From NCBI GenBank assembly GCA_964480195.1, contig CAYZOJ010000002.1, positions 1-58,667 on the forward strand: a DNA stretch of 58,667 nucleotides, written 5' to 3'. The translations under genes were made by a program, and so were the position numbers. Below the pieces are notes generated by a model. It was not told the DNA's origin and searched no databases. It saw only the letters and a program-made list of their open reading frames with translations. Below are positions 1 through 9,691 of this stretch, piece by piece. The stretch's first letter is position 1. Each line of letters opens with the position of its first letter. This stretch comes from an uncultured Christensenellaceae bacterium (GTDB taxonomy: Bacteria; Bacillota; Clostridia; Christensenellales; DTU072).

Positions 1-170
1 GCTATCGCAGATGAAATTTTCACTCCGTGAAAGTTGTGGTTTTTAAGAGTAGAAAAACCAAGCTTTTACGGTTACATCTTATTTTTATTCCCCGTTAGTT
101 TTATGATTGTGGCAATTTGGTTTCGTGGTTTGTGGGCAACTTTTGTTGTATATTGATTCGGCTTTGTTGG

Positions 171-1052
171 TTAAGAAAGCTTGCGCGTGGCGTGCCGATA
201 CTCGGTCGGGCTCTTTTTGTAGCGTTTCCGAAAGGCTTCGGCATAGTAGCTGGCTCCGTTAAATCCGATTTCTCGGGCTATGGCGGTAACGGTCAAGTCG
301 GTTTCTTTAAGATAGCGGGTGCTTTCGTCGAGGCGTACACGATTCAAATAGGCGTTCGGCGTTTGTCCCGTATACTTTGCAAACAGTTTGCAACATTTGC
401 TTTGTCCGACGTTCCCGGCAGTGGCAATATCGCCGAGTTTAATTTCGCTCTTATAATGTTTCATTATGAATTCAAGCATATTCTTTATGCTTATTCCGTC
501 CGGACTCAACGCCGTTTTAGTATCGCCCAAGTCCATACTTTCATATATGAGTGCCCATATCAAACCGAAGTAGCTTTGTATCAAAAGCGGTGCGGTTTTT
601 TGGTCTTTGACATCGTATATCTGACGTATGAGTTTTAGTATTTCGCCTTGTCGCGTGTCGACATCGGTGAGCTTGATGTAAGGGAGCCCCTCGGCTTTTA
701 GAATCGGCTGAATAAAATCGCGTTCGGTCGACGGCAGTGAGCAAAGTAAAACCGGATGTAGCAATATACAGATAAAGTCGCATTCGGCGTCCGAAACCGA
801 GTAACCGTAATGCAAATGTTTGGAGTTTACGATTACGCCGTCGCCTGCTTCAAGTTCGATGATTTCACCGGCGACGTTATAGTTCATTCTACCCGAGATT
901 ATCGCTATGAGCTCTATATCGTCGTGCCAGTGGGCAGGGGCTTTGCCGTCGGGATAGAGAGATAGCAGTCCGCGCCTTGCGTAAACAGGGTAATCGTCGA
1001 ACGTATATTTGACTTTTTCGGATTTGTCGCGGTTGAGTTCCATTCCAATCAT
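171..1052 (-). CDS. AraC/XylS-family transcriptional regulator (N-terminal cupin domain plus C-terminal double HTH)
   Basis: Track ORF 171..1109(-). Cupin-like HWHDDIELIAIISG and AraC HTH (LGDIATAGNVGQSKCCKLFAKYTGQTPNAYLNRVRL...IAREIGFNGASYYAEAFRKRYKKSPTEYR). Start trimmed to ATG 1052 (MIGMELN), which has GAGG about 7 nt upstream. Confidence 0.85.
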   Translation of the reverse strand: MIGMELNRDKSEKVKYTFDDYPVYARRGLLSLYPDGKAPAHWHDDIELIAIISGRMNYNVAGEIIELEAGDGVIVNSKHLHYGYSVSDAECDFICILLHPVLLCSLPSTERDFIQPILKAEGLPYIKLTDVDTRQGEILKLIRQIYDVKDQKTAPLLIQSYFGLIWALIYESMDLGDTKTALSPDGISIKNMLEFIMKHYKSEIKLGDIATAGNVGQSKCCKLFAKYTGQTPNAYLNRVRLDESTRYLKETDLTVTAIAREIGFNGASYYAEAFRKRYKKSPTEYRHATRKLS

Positions 1053-1162
1053 AATCGTGCCTCGCGCAGGATTGTTATAAAAGTAGCCACAAAAGCTATA
1101 GACTGACACTATATGTGAATGATATAATTATAATATCGTACAGAGGAGTTGTCAACGAGAAG

Positions 1163-2530
1163 ATGGATAAAAAAGAACGTTCGGAATTTGTAAAAAAGCT
1201 TTTCGCGCTCGTTTTACCCATAGCGTTCCAGCAATTTATGTTGGCTCTCGTAAACGCTTCGGACGCACTTATGCTCGGGGCACTCGACCAAAATTCGATG
1301 TCGGCGGTTTCGCTTGCGGGGCAAGTAGCGTTTGTCGAAAACTTGTTTTTTGCGACGATGACCATAGGACTTTCGATGATAGCCGCGCAGTATTGGGGCA
1401 AGGGGGATAAAACGTCGGTCGAAAAGATTTTTGCATATGTTTTCGGCGTTACGCTCATTGTGTCGCTTGCCTTTTTCGTCGCGACGGTAAGCGTCCCCGA
1501 ACACATTATGAAGATATTTACAAAGGATTCGAGCCTTATCGAGGGCGGAAGAATTTATCTTAGAAGCGTGTCGCTTTCGTTTTTGTTGACGGGAATATCT
1601 CAAATATATCTGTGCGCTATAAAAAATACGGGTAAAGCAGGGCTTGCGAATCTGATAAGTTCCGTAAGCGTTGTGATAAATATCGTGCTCAATGCGATTT
1701 TTATTTTTGGTTTGTTCGGGTGTCCCTCTATGGAAATCGCAGGCGCCGCTTATGCAACCGTTATAGCAAGAGCAGTCGAAGTAATATGGTGCGTGGCGGT
1801 TACCTTATGTAAAAATTCAGTTAAATTACGGTTCGGGTATATCGTTCGCGCCGATAAGACATTGACAAAATTGTTTTGGAAACATACTCTTCCCGTTTTG
1901 GGCAACGAGGCGGTATGGGGGCTCGGTTTTACTTCGTATTCCGTCATAATAGGACATCTCGGCGGGGATGCCGTTGCCGCAAATTCCGTTGCAAGTATCG
2001 CGCGAAACCTTATTGTGTGTTTTAGTATGGGACTTGCAAGCGGCGGCGGAATTATGGTAGGAAACGAACTCGGCGCGGGCAGAACGGAGAAAGCAAAAGC
2101 GTACGGCAGTAAATTAACTCGTATGGCAATAGTCGCGGGAGTGATATCGGGGGCAGTGCTCCTTGCCTTGAGTCCGTTGATAATTAAGGTCGTCGCTCTC
2201 GACGAAACGGCCACCGAGTACCTCAAAGGAATGCTTATAATGTGTTCGTACTATGTGGTTGGTCAATCCGTAAATATGACGACGATATCGGGTATATTCT
2301 GTGCCGGCGGAGATTCGCGATTCGGACTTGTATGCGACGCGATAACGTTATGGGTCTTCGTTATACCCGCGGCGTCGCTTACGGCATTTGTTTTTGAAGC
2401 CCCAGTACTTTTGGTATATTTTATAATATGCCTTGACGAAATCGTAAAACTGCCGGCAGTGTATCGGCATTATAAAAAATATCTATGGGTTAAAGATTTA
2501 ACCGTAAAACAGGAGGACGTCTTGAAATGA
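1163..2530 (+). CDS. MATE-family multidrug/toxin efflux transporter
   Basis: Track ORF 1115..2530(+). About 12 hydrophobic segments. The N-terminus FVKKLFALVLPIAFQQFMLALVNASDALMLG is typical of MATE/NorM-like proteins. Start placed at MDKKERSEF (1163); the exact start is uncertain (1115 is also possible). Confidence 0.8.
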   Translation: MDKKERSEFVKKLFALVLPIAFQQFMLALVNASDALMLGALDQNSMSAVSLAGQVAFVENLFFATMTIGLSMIAAQYWGKGDKTSVEKIFAYVFGVTLIVSLAFFVATVSVPEHIMKIFTKDSSLIEGGRIYLRSVSLSFLLTGISQIYLCAIKNTGKAGLANLISSVSVVINIVLNAIFIFGLFGCPSMEIAGAAYATVIARAVEVIWCVAVTLCKNSVKLRFGYIVRADKTLTKLFWKHTLPVLGNEAVWGLGFTSYSVIIGHLGGDAVAANSVASIARNLIVCFSMGLASGGGIMVGNELGAGRTEKAKAYGSKLTRMAIVAGVISGAVLLALSPLIIKVVALDETATEYLKGMLIMCSYYVVGQSVNMTTISGIFCAGGDSRFGLVCDAITLWVFVIPAASLTAFVFEAPVLLVYFIICLDEIVKLPAVYRHYKKYLWVKDLTVKQEDVLK

Positions 2531-3219
2531 AAGAAAAAACACAAAGAATCAGCGATTGGGACCGTATGGTGTCAGGTAAACTCTACAACTCGTCGAGTAA
2601 AGACTTGTTGGTTCCGCATGCACTCGGACTTATGCGTTGCGACAGATTTAATAAAATCGCGATGTGGCGTTTTTTTACAAAGCAACGCGCGTTAAAAAAG
2701 CTTATTCCGTCTGCTAAAAACGGGCTTGCGGTATTTGCGCCGTTCTATTGCGAGTACGGAGTTAATATTCACGTCGGCAAAGGGTGTTTTGTCAATTATA
2801 ATTGCACTTTCCTCGACGTCGCGCCCATTACCCTCGGCGACGGCGTATGGATAGGCGCGAACGTAACTCTTGCGACGCCCAACCATCCGTTTATCGCAGA
2901 AGAAAGACTCGTCGCGGATTATCCCGACGGCAAACACGATTTGGAGTACTCCGCGCCGATAACGATAAAAGACGGTTGTTGGATATGTTCGTCCGCGACT
3001 GTATGCGGTGGGGTAACGATAGGCGAAAGAAGTATTGTCGCGGCGGGTGCCGTTGTTACGCGCGACGTGCCTCCGGACAGCATTGTTGCAGGCGTTCCCG
3101 CAAAAGTGATTAGAAAAATCGACGAAGGCGATCGTATGAACGTATGGGAAACATATGTGAAAAACGAAATGCCCAAAAGTCAATCTCGGAAATTGAAAGA
3201 ATTGTCCGAGTCGGAATAA
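2527..3219 (+). CDS. Maltose/galactoside O-acetyltransferase-like hexapeptide-repeat acetyltransferase
   Basis: Left-handed beta-helix hexapeptide repeats (IGANVTLATPNHP...ITIKDGCWICSSATVCGGVTIGERSIVAAGAVVTRDVPPDSIVAGVPAKVIRKI) and a Maa-like N-terminus (MVSGKLYNSSSKDL). The ATG overlaps the MATE stop (ATGA), which suggests translational coupling. Confidence 0.85.
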   Translation: MKEKTQRISDWDRMVSGKLYNSSSKDLLVPHALGLMRCDRFNKIAMWRFFTKQRALKKLIPSAKNGLAVFAPFYCEYGVNIHVGKGCFVNYNCTFLDVAPITLGDGVWIGANVTLATPNHPFIAEERLVADYPDGKHDLEYSAPITIKDGCWICSSATVCGGVTIGERSIVAAGAVVTRDVPPDSIVAGVPAKVIRKIDEGDRMNVWETYVKNEMPKSQSRKLKELSESE

Positions 3220-3270
3220 GCCGTGTCGCGATATCGTTTGTCGTGCATACTTAATTTGATTTAGTGTCGT

Positions 3271-3297
3271 GCACGCGCCGTCGGCGCGTGCTTTTCT
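3271..3297 (+). terminator. Rho-independent terminator after the acetyltransferase gene
   Basis: GC-rich inverted repeat GCACGCGCCG-TC-GGCGCGTGC followed by a T-rich run. Confidence 0.6.
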
Positions 3298-3398
3298 TTA
3301 TGTGGCATATCGGAGTAACTAAATTTTATCGTAAGCATTGAACTCTTTTTAAGCGTATGATACAATAAATATAGACTTATAGGGGGACGGGAGGCGTT

Positions 3399-4928
3399 AT
3401 GGAACGTAAAAGCGTATTGGGCGTGGAACTCGGTTCGACGCGCATTAAAGCGGTTGTTGTAGACGGCGACAGTAAGCCCGTTTCGGCGGGTGATTATACG
3501 TGGCGCAGTAAATTCGAAAACGGCATTTGGACGTACGACCTCGACGAGGTCTGGACGGGCTTGAAATCGGCAATCGGAAGAGCCGGGGACTTAAGCTTCG
3601 TGGCGTCGGCGGGCATATCCGCAATGATGCACGGATACCTTGCGTTCGATAAGGATTGGAATTTGCTTGTGCCGTTCCGCACTTGGCAAAATACTATTAC
3701 GGCAAAAGCTTCGAGCGAGCTAACTCATGAGTTCGGATTCAATATTCCTCAACGCTGGAGCATAGCGCACTTGTATCAAGCTATATTGAACGGCGAAGAA
3801 CACGTCGGACGTATTGCCCATATAACCACGCTTGCCGGGTACGTTCATTATTCGCTTACGGGCGTGAACGCGGTAGGTATAGGCGAAGCTTCCGGAATGT
3901 TCCCCGTCGACGAAAAGACAAAAGACTACGACGCCGAAATGCTTAAGAAGTTCGATTCTTTAATTCGTGATCGCAAACTCCCGTGGCAACTCAGAGATAT
4001 TTTACCCGATGTTTTGTGCGCAGGCGAGTGTGCGGGAACCCTCACGGAAGAAGGTGCCCTGAAGCTCGGCGGACTATTGCCCGCAGGCATTCCGTTTGCG
4101 CCTCCCGAGGGCGACGCGGGCACGGGAATGGTCGCAACGAACTCGGTTTCGCCTCGGACGGGTAACGTATCTGCCGGCACTTCGATTTTTTCGATGGTCG
4201 TACTCGAACAAAACTTAAAGTCCGTACACGAGGCAATAGACGTTGTGGCAACGCCGGAGGGCGCTCCCGTCGCTATGGTCCACTGCAATAATTGTACCAA
4301 CGATTTTAACGCTTGGGTAGATGTTTTTAAGGAAGTCGCGGAACTCCTTGGCAAAGAGCTTTCGGACGAAATATTTGAGAAACTGTACCTAAAATCGCTT
4401 GAAGGGGAACCCGATTGCGGGGGAACGCTCGTTTGTAACTATATGGCAGGCGAAAGCGTAACGGGACTCGATTCGGGTCGACCGCTCATTACAAGAAACG
4501 TAGGAAGTAACTTTACTCTTGCGAATTTACTTCGTGCGTCGCTCTATTCGGCGCTCGTAACGCTTAGGATCGGTATGGACGAACTTAAAAAGGAAGACGT
4601 TGCGATAGACTCGTTGGTCGGGCACGGCGGATTCTTTAAGACGCCGGGCGTCGGACAGCGTTATCTTTCGGCAGCGTGCAACGCGCCCGTTACTTGCCTC
4701 GAAACCGCGGGCGAGGGCGGTCCTTACGGAATGGCTCTGTTGGCGTCTTTTATGATAAACCGTTCGGGGGATGAAACGCTCGGCGATTTCTTAAAGAGGA
4801 CGGCGTTTTCGGACGTGCACGGCGTAACGATTACGGCGGAGCAATCCGATATACAAGGGTTTAATTCTTATCTCGACAAATTCAAACGACTTTTGGTTGC
4901 GGAAAAAATCGCGACGGAAGTTTTATAA
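3399..4928 (+). CDS. FGGY-family carbohydrate kinase, probably the L-ribulokinase of this ara operon (clostridial AraK-type rather than AraB-type)
   Basis: N-terminal ASKHA phosphate-1 motif LGVELGSTRIKAVVVD. 509 aa. Strong SD (GGGGGACGGGAGG). It lies immediately upstream of araA and araD. The substrate assignment rests on context only. Confidence 0.8.
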   Translation: MERKSVLGVELGSTRIKAVVVDGDSKPVSAGDYTWRSKFENGIWTYDLDEVWTGLKSAIGRAGDLSFVASAGISAMMHGYLAFDKDWNLLVPFRTWQNTITAKASSELTHEFGFNIPQRWSIAHLYQAILNGEEHVGRIAHITTLAGYVHYSLTGVNAVGIGEASGMFPVDEKTKDYDAEMLKKFDSLIRDRKLPWQLRDILPDVLCAGECAGTLTEEGALKLGGLLPAGIPFAPPEGDAGTGMVATNSVSPRTGNVSAGTSIFSMVVLEQNLKSVHEAIDVVATPEGAPVAMVHCNNCTNDFNAWVDVFKEVAELLGKELSDEIFEKLYLKSLEGEPDCGGTLVCNYMAGESVTGLDSGRPLITRNVGSNFTLANLLRASLYSALVTLRIGMDELKKEDVAIDSLVGHGGFFKTPGVGQRYLSAACNAPVTCLETAGEGGPYGMALLASFMINRSGDETLGDFLKRTAFSDVHGVTITAEQSDIQGFNSYLDKFKRLLVAEKIATEVL

Positions 4929-4937
4929 GGAGAACGT

Positions 4938-6407
4938 ATGGAATACAAATTTTGGTTTTTGGTAGGCTCCCAGACTTTATACGGACCCGAAGTGCTCGAA
5001 ACGGTAGCGCGTCGCGCGCAAGAAATGGCGGAAGCGATGAGCTTATCTCTCCCGTATCCGCTTGTTTACAAGGCGACAGCCATAAGCAACGAGCAAATAG
5101 CAAGTGTAATAAAGGAAGCAAATTACGACGACTCTTGCGCGGGAATCGTAACGTGGTGCCATACGTTCAGCCCGTCCAAGATGTGGATAAACGGTTTGAC
5201 GGCGTTACAAAAGCCGTGGTGCCATTTTGCCACCCAATACAATAAAGAAATCCCGAACGACGAAATAGATATGGATTTTATGAACCTCAATCAAGCGGCG
5301 CACGGCGACAGAGAACACGGGTTCATAGGCGCAAGGTTGCGTTCCGCGCGTAAAATCATAGCGGGATATTGGAAAAATCCCGACGTCTTAAAGCGTATGG
5401 GCGACTGGATGAAATCCGCTGTCGGCGTGGCGGTATCTAAGGGGATAAAAGTTGTTCGTTTCGGGGACAATATGCGCGAAGTCGCCGTTACGGAAGGCGA
5501 TAAAGTCGAGGTTCAGGCAAAACTCGGCTGGCAGGTAAATACTTGGGCGGTAGGCGATCTCGTCAAAGAAATGGACGCGGTTACGGAAGAAGAAATCGAC
5601 AAACTCGTTTCGGAATACACCTCGAAGTACACCGTCGCGACGGACGATACGGAAGCTATACGCTATCAGGCAAAAGAAGAGATAGCCATTAGAAAAATGC
5701 TCGACAGAGAGGGTGCCCGCGCGTTTACGAATACTTTCCAAGATTTATACGGAATGGACCAACTCCCCGGGATTGCCACTCAGCACTTGATGTCCGAAGG
5801 ATACGGCTACGGCGGAGAGGGCGACTGGAAGGTGGCGGCGCTCACCGCGATTCTCAAAGCAATGGGCGAGAACGGCAACGGAGCTTCCGCGTTTATGGAA
5901 GACTATACGTATCACCTTGTAGAGGGTGCGGAGTACAGCCTCGGCGCGCATATGCTCGAAGTCTGCCCGAGTCTTGCGGACCCCGATGTGCGCCCGCGTA
6001 TCGAAACGCATCCTTTGCATATCGGAATGAACAAAAACGACCCTGCGCGTTTGGTATTCGAGGGTAAAGCCGGCGACGCGATAGTGGCGTCTTTAATAGA
6101 TATGGGAGGCAGGCTCCGTCTGGTCGTGCAAGACGTCAAATGCGTAAAGCCGATAATGCCGATGCCCAATCTTCCCGTCGCTCGCGTAATGTGGACGGCG
6201 ACGCCGAACCTCACAGAGGGCGTAGAATGCTGGATAACGGCGGGAGGCGCACACCACACGGTACTCTCGTATGACGTTACCGCATCGCAACTTAAAGATT
6301 TTGCGTTAATTGCGGATATCGAATTCGTGCATATTGACAAGGATACCACCGTCGAATCTTTGGAACGTGAATTGTTCCTAAACGACCTTGCTTGGAAACT
6401 TAAATAA
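4938..6407 (+). CDS. araA: L-arabinose isomerase
   Basis: 489 aa. N-terminus FWFLVGSQTLYGPEVLETV and the motifs NLNQAAHGDREHGF and GYGGEGDWK are characteristic of AraA. SD is AAGGAG. Confidence 0.95.
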   Translation: MEYKFWFLVGSQTLYGPEVLETVARRAQEMAEAMSLSLPYPLVYKATAISNEQIASVIKEANYDDSCAGIVTWCHTFSPSKMWINGLTALQKPWCHFATQYNKEIPNDEIDMDFMNLNQAAHGDREHGFIGARLRSARKIIAGYWKNPDVLKRMGDWMKSAVGVAVSKGIKVVRFGDNMREVAVTEGDKVEVQAKLGWQVNTWAVGDLVKEMDAVTEEEIDKLVSEYTSKYTVATDDTEAIRYQAKEEIAIRKMLDREGARAFTNTFQDLYGMDQLPGIATQHLMSEGYGYGGEGDWKVAALTAILKAMGENGNGASAFMEDYTYHLVEGAEYSLGAHMLEVCPSLADPDVRPRIETHPLHIGMNKNDPARLVFEGKAGDAIVASLIDMGGRLRLVVQDVKCVKPIMPMPNLPVARVMWTATPNLTEGVECWITAGGAHHTVLSYDVTASQLKDFALIADIEFVHIDKDTTVESLERELFLNDLAWKLK

Positions 6408-6412
6408 ATATT

Positions 6413-7108
6413 ATGTTGGAAGCGTTAAAAGAAAAAGTTTATAAGGCAAATCTCGAGCTCGTCAAAAACGGTCTTGTGCTGTTTACTTGGGGTAACGTGT
6501 CCGCAATAGACAGGGAAAGCGGACTCGTCGCCATTAAACCGAGCGGAGTGAAGTATGAGGATATGCGTGCGGACGATATCGTCATAGTCGATTTGGACGG
6601 AAACGTCGTCGAGGGCACGTTGAACCCGTCTTCCGATACGCCCACTCATCTCGAACTCTATAAGGCGCACGGCGAAATAGGCGGAATTGCCCATACTCAT
6701 TCGACTTTTGCCACGGCGTTCGCGCAGGCGGGACGGGAAATAAAGGCATACGGCACTACTCACGCGGACTATTTTTACGGCGATATACCGTGTTCGCGTT
6801 CGCTTGACGAGTCCGAAACCGAGCATTACGAAAGGGATACCGGGCGAGTTATAAACGAAACGTTCGAGGGAAAAAGCGTAACCGCCATTCCCGCGTGTCT
6901 TGTAAAGAATCACGGAGTGTTCGCTTGGGGTAAGGACGCAAGCGAAGCCGTTTATCACGCCACCGTAACGGAAGAGGTTGCCAAAATGGCTTACATTACG
7001 GAAACCCTCGGCGGAACCGAACGGTTGCCTTCGCATATAGCGGATAAGCACTACAACCGCAAGCACGGCAAAAACGCCTATTACGGACAAAAGATGCGGA
7101 ATAAATAA
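6413..7108 (+). CDS. araD: L-ribulose-5-phosphate 4-epimerase (class II aldolase fold)
   Basis: 231 aa. Motifs GNVSAIDRESGLVAIKPSGV, DTPTHLELYK, IAHTHSTFATAFAQ and KNHGVFAWG match AraD/class II aldolase. Directly follows araA. Confidence 0.9.
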   Translation: MLEALKEKVYKANLELVKNGLVLFTWGNVSAIDRESGLVAIKPSGVKYEDMRADDIVIVDLDGNVVEGTLNPSSDTPTHLELYKAHGEIGGIAHTHSTFATAFAQAGREIKAYGTTHADYFYGDIPCSRSLDESETEHYERDTGRVINETFEGKSVTAIPACLVKNHGVFAWGKDASEAVYHATVTEEVAKMAYITETLGGTERLPSHIADKHYNRKHGKNAYYGQKMRNK

Positions 7109-7983
7109 TGGAGCTTTTGCAAGAATACAAAAACGGCAATTACACCGTAAAAATTTATTCCGACGGCACAAAAGAGCTTGTTACGGACGACGACGAGTTC
7201 GTTGCCGATTTCCCCGACAGTATCGACCTCAAAATAACTAACAAGTGCGATTTGATGTGTCCGATGTGCCACGAGGCGTCATCACCGGAAGGCGCGCATG
7301 CCGTACTCGACGCAGATTTTTTGAAGGCACTCCACGCCGGTACCGAACTCGCGATAGGCGGGGGGAACCCTCTTTCACACCCCGATCTCACGGCGTTTTT
7401 GGAGCGACTTAAAAGTCGCGGTGTGATTGCAAACATCACCGTCAACGAAAAACATCTTAGAGTTTATCGTGAATTTATCGAGCGTCTTTTGGCTGAAAAA
7501 CTCGTTTACGGGTTAGGTATTTCCGTATCCGAATTTAAGGACGAAACTTTCGAGTTTGCTAAAACTCACCCGAACGCGGTACTACACGTAATTGCGGGAA
7601 TAACCGACCCGGACGAATTGTTAAAGCGGGCTTCTACGGATCTCAAGCTTCTCGTTCTCGGCTATAAAAGACACGGCAGAGGCGAAGATTATTTTAGCTC
7701 CGATACGGCAAAAAGGATAGTAGAGTTCGGTCGTCGTCTTAATTACATTATGTGCGGATACGGAGTGGTCAGTTTTGATAATCTTGCGCTTAGGCAACTG
7801 AGAGTTAAATATCGGGTACCCAAATGCGTGTGGAATAAGCGGTATATGGGCGATGACGGACAAAATACGATGTATGTCGATTTGGTAAAGAGGGAGTTTG
7901 GGGAAAGCTCGGTTTCGGATATCAGATATCCGATTTTACCTACGGCGGAAGAAATGCTTGCCGTGATAAAATCCGAAAAATAA
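7108..7983 (+). CDS. Radical SAM domain protein, specific function unknown
   Basis: CX3CX2C cluster motif in KITNKCDLMCPMCHE. 291 aa. The ATG sits directly after the araD TAA stop (TAATG). Confidence 0.75.
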   Translation: MELLQEYKNGNYTVKIYSDGTKELVTDDDEFVADFPDSIDLKITNKCDLMCPMCHEASSPEGAHAVLDADFLKALHAGTELAIGGGNPLSHPDLTAFLERLKSRGVIANITVNEKHLRVYREFIERLLAEKLVYGLGISVSEFKDETFEFAKTHPNAVLHVIAGITDPDELLKRASTDLKLLVLGYKRHGRGEDYFSSDTAKRIVEFGRRLNYIMCGYGVVSFDNLALRQLRVKYRVPKCVWNKRYMGDDGQNTMYVDLVKREFGESSVSDIRYPILPTAEEMLAVIKSEK

Positions 7984-8043
7984 CATATAATTTAGGCGTG
8001 TATTTCAATTATCACGCCGTCAACTTAAAGAGGATAAAGTCGG

Positions 8044-8090
8044 GCGAACTCGTCGGGATTGCGGAAAGCGATAAAGACGAGTTCGCTTTT
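8044..8090 (+). terminator. Terminator of the ara/radical-SAM transcription unit
   Basis: 11-bp stem GCGAACTCGTC...GACGAGTTCGC (long loop) followed by TTTT. Confidence 0.5.
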
Positions 8091-8263
8091 GTATTGATTT
8101 TTTCGGCTTACCCGTATACGCGCCCCATACGTCATAAGTCGGCATATATTTATGCTTTTTTATTTGAAGACGATTAGCATTAGACTTTTTCCGAGCCTCA
8201 CTAAAAATTTATAACGTCGTGCATAGTTTTTCAACGTCGCCACATACTGTAGGCGGTGAAATT

Positions 8264-9022
8264 ATGAAAAAACTCAAAACATTTTTAGTAGTAGCAATCG
8301 TATTATGTTTTGCAATGGCGCTTTGCGTCGGTTGTAAACAAGAAGAGGAGCAACCGCCCGCGATAACCGATCCCGACGGAAATCCCGACGACAACTCGGG
8401 AAACAATCAGGGAGGCAATCAAGGCGGAAACCAGACCGACGGTTCCGTCAAGACTCTCGATGAGTTCATGACGGCGATAGCTGAACGCGATACCGTAACT
8501 CTCGGCGAAAACATAGCTCTCACGGATCAAATAACCGTAAATCGTAAAGTTACCATCGAACTTAACGGCAAAGAGCTTAGTTCGCCCAAGAGCGTAATCG
8601 TTGTCGAAGACGGCGGTGATCTCACCATAAACGGCGAGGGTAACGTTATCGGCGGAAGAGGCGGTGATTATACGGCGATAACCGTGCGCGGAGCCAACGC
8701 GAAAGCAACGTTGAACGGCGGTAACTATACCGTAGGAAGCGACGCGGAAGAAAAGGGTAACAGCTGTATTTACGCGCTCGGCGGAGGACACGTTTATATA
8801 ACGGGCGGGAAGTATTCGACCGAAGCCAAGTACAACGACCGTTATTACGTTCTCAATATAGCCAACGGTTCGGGCTCCGTAATCGAGGTCAGCGGAGGCA
8901 GTTTTGTAGGACAAAATCCCGCTGACGGCGACGACAAGGACGGAGGTACGTTCCTTAAAAGCGGATACGTTTCGACGGAGGATAACGGAATGTATACCGT
9001 TTCCGCAATGAGCGAAGACTAA
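8264..9022 (+). CDS. Small secreted lipoprotein with a Gly/Asn/Gln-rich linker and a beta-helix-like repeat body
   Basis: Track ORF 8219..9022 trimmed to MKKLKTFLVVAIVLCFAMALCVGC (signal peptide plus lipobox LCVGC). Followed by GNNQGGNQGGNQ low complexity, then repeated x-V-x-I-x-G-G-type strands (LTINGEGNVIGG, ATLNGGNYTV, HVYITGGKYS, VIEVSGGSFVG). Confidence 0.75.
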   Translation: MKKLKTFLVVAIVLCFAMALCVGCKQEEEQPPAITDPDGNPDDNSGNNQGGNQGGNQTDGSVKTLDEFMTAIAERDTVTLGENIALTDQITVNRKVTIELNGKELSSPKSVIVVEDGGDLTINGEGNVIGGRGGDYTAITVRGANAKATLNGGNYTVGSDAEEKGNSCIYALGGGHVYITGGKYSTEAKYNDRYYVLNIANGSGSVIEVSGGSFVGQNPADGDDKDGGTFLKSGYVSTEDNGMYTVSAMSED

Positions 9023-9030
9023 GTCGCTCT

Positions 9031-9066
9031 AAAAAAAGCGCGATACCGAGGTATCGCGCTTTTTTA
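9031..9066. terminator. Bidirectional terminator between convergent genes
   Basis: AAAAAAA-GCGCGATACC-GAG-GTATCGCGC-TTTTTT: a perfect stem flanked by an A-run and a T-run. Confidence 0.75.
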
Positions 9067-9080
9067 TCGTTTTTTTTTAC

Positions 9081-9644
9081 TTAATACAGACGTTTTATTT
9101 TGCCGTCGAAAGTGATTTCATATTTCCTATCCATATAGTCGTAGGCGATGATTTTGTCATCGGAAATAATAAAGTCGCGTTCGCGATCGGGATTTACGAA
9201 TACATCGTCGCCGGTTACGGACCAAAGTTCGTTAAAGTCATTATCGAAGAGGGAGATTCTATTTTCGCCGTGCAAAAGATAATTATCGTTTAAGCGGTAA
9301 ATCTCGAAGTATTCGGCATAGTCCCCGTCGCTGATATTATAAGCGTGTACGAGCTTTCTTTCGGTAACGGACAGCACGATTACGCGCGAATTTTGTACGA
9401 CGGTAAGCCTGTTACCCTCGAGAAGGGCAACGTGATTTCCTAAAAAAGCGCACTCGTCGCCGATAAGAGCTACCGAATAACTGCCGTTTCCGATAGCGAT
9501 ATCAATCCCGAACACGGAGTATTCGGGTAGTTCCTCTTTAGGCTTTATAATGAGGTCGTATGTGCGCGCGTTGTATTGAGAGCCCAACACGTAGCCGATA
9601 TCTTCAAACAATTTGATTTTACAAATATCATTTTCGAGTTTCAT
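9081..9644 (-). CDS. Hypothetical protein (beta-rich, no recognised domain)
   Basis: Track ORF 9081..9689(-). Start tentatively placed at MKLENDICK (9644). No clear SD at either candidate start. Confidence 0.5.
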   Translation of the reverse strand: MKLENDICKIKLFEDIGYVLGSQYNARTYDLIIKPKEELPEYSVFGIDIAIGNGSYSVALIGDECAFLGNHVALLEGNRLTVVQNSRVIVLSVTERKLVHAYNISDGDYAEYFEIYRLNDNYLLHGENRISLFDNDFNELWSVTGDDVFVNPDRERDFIISDDKIIAYDYMDRKYEITFDGKIKRLY

Positions 9645-9691
9645 AATACAATTATATCTCAAAATTTTGAAACACGCAATAGGTTGCATTT

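Noticed and set aside
117-1506. Track ORFs antisense to, or overlapping, the AraC and MATE genes (117..638+, 541..783-, 1096..1506-, 1214..1603-).
   Set aside because: They overlap well-supported genes on the opposite strand or in another frame. They have low-complexity or Arg-rich composition and no motifs.
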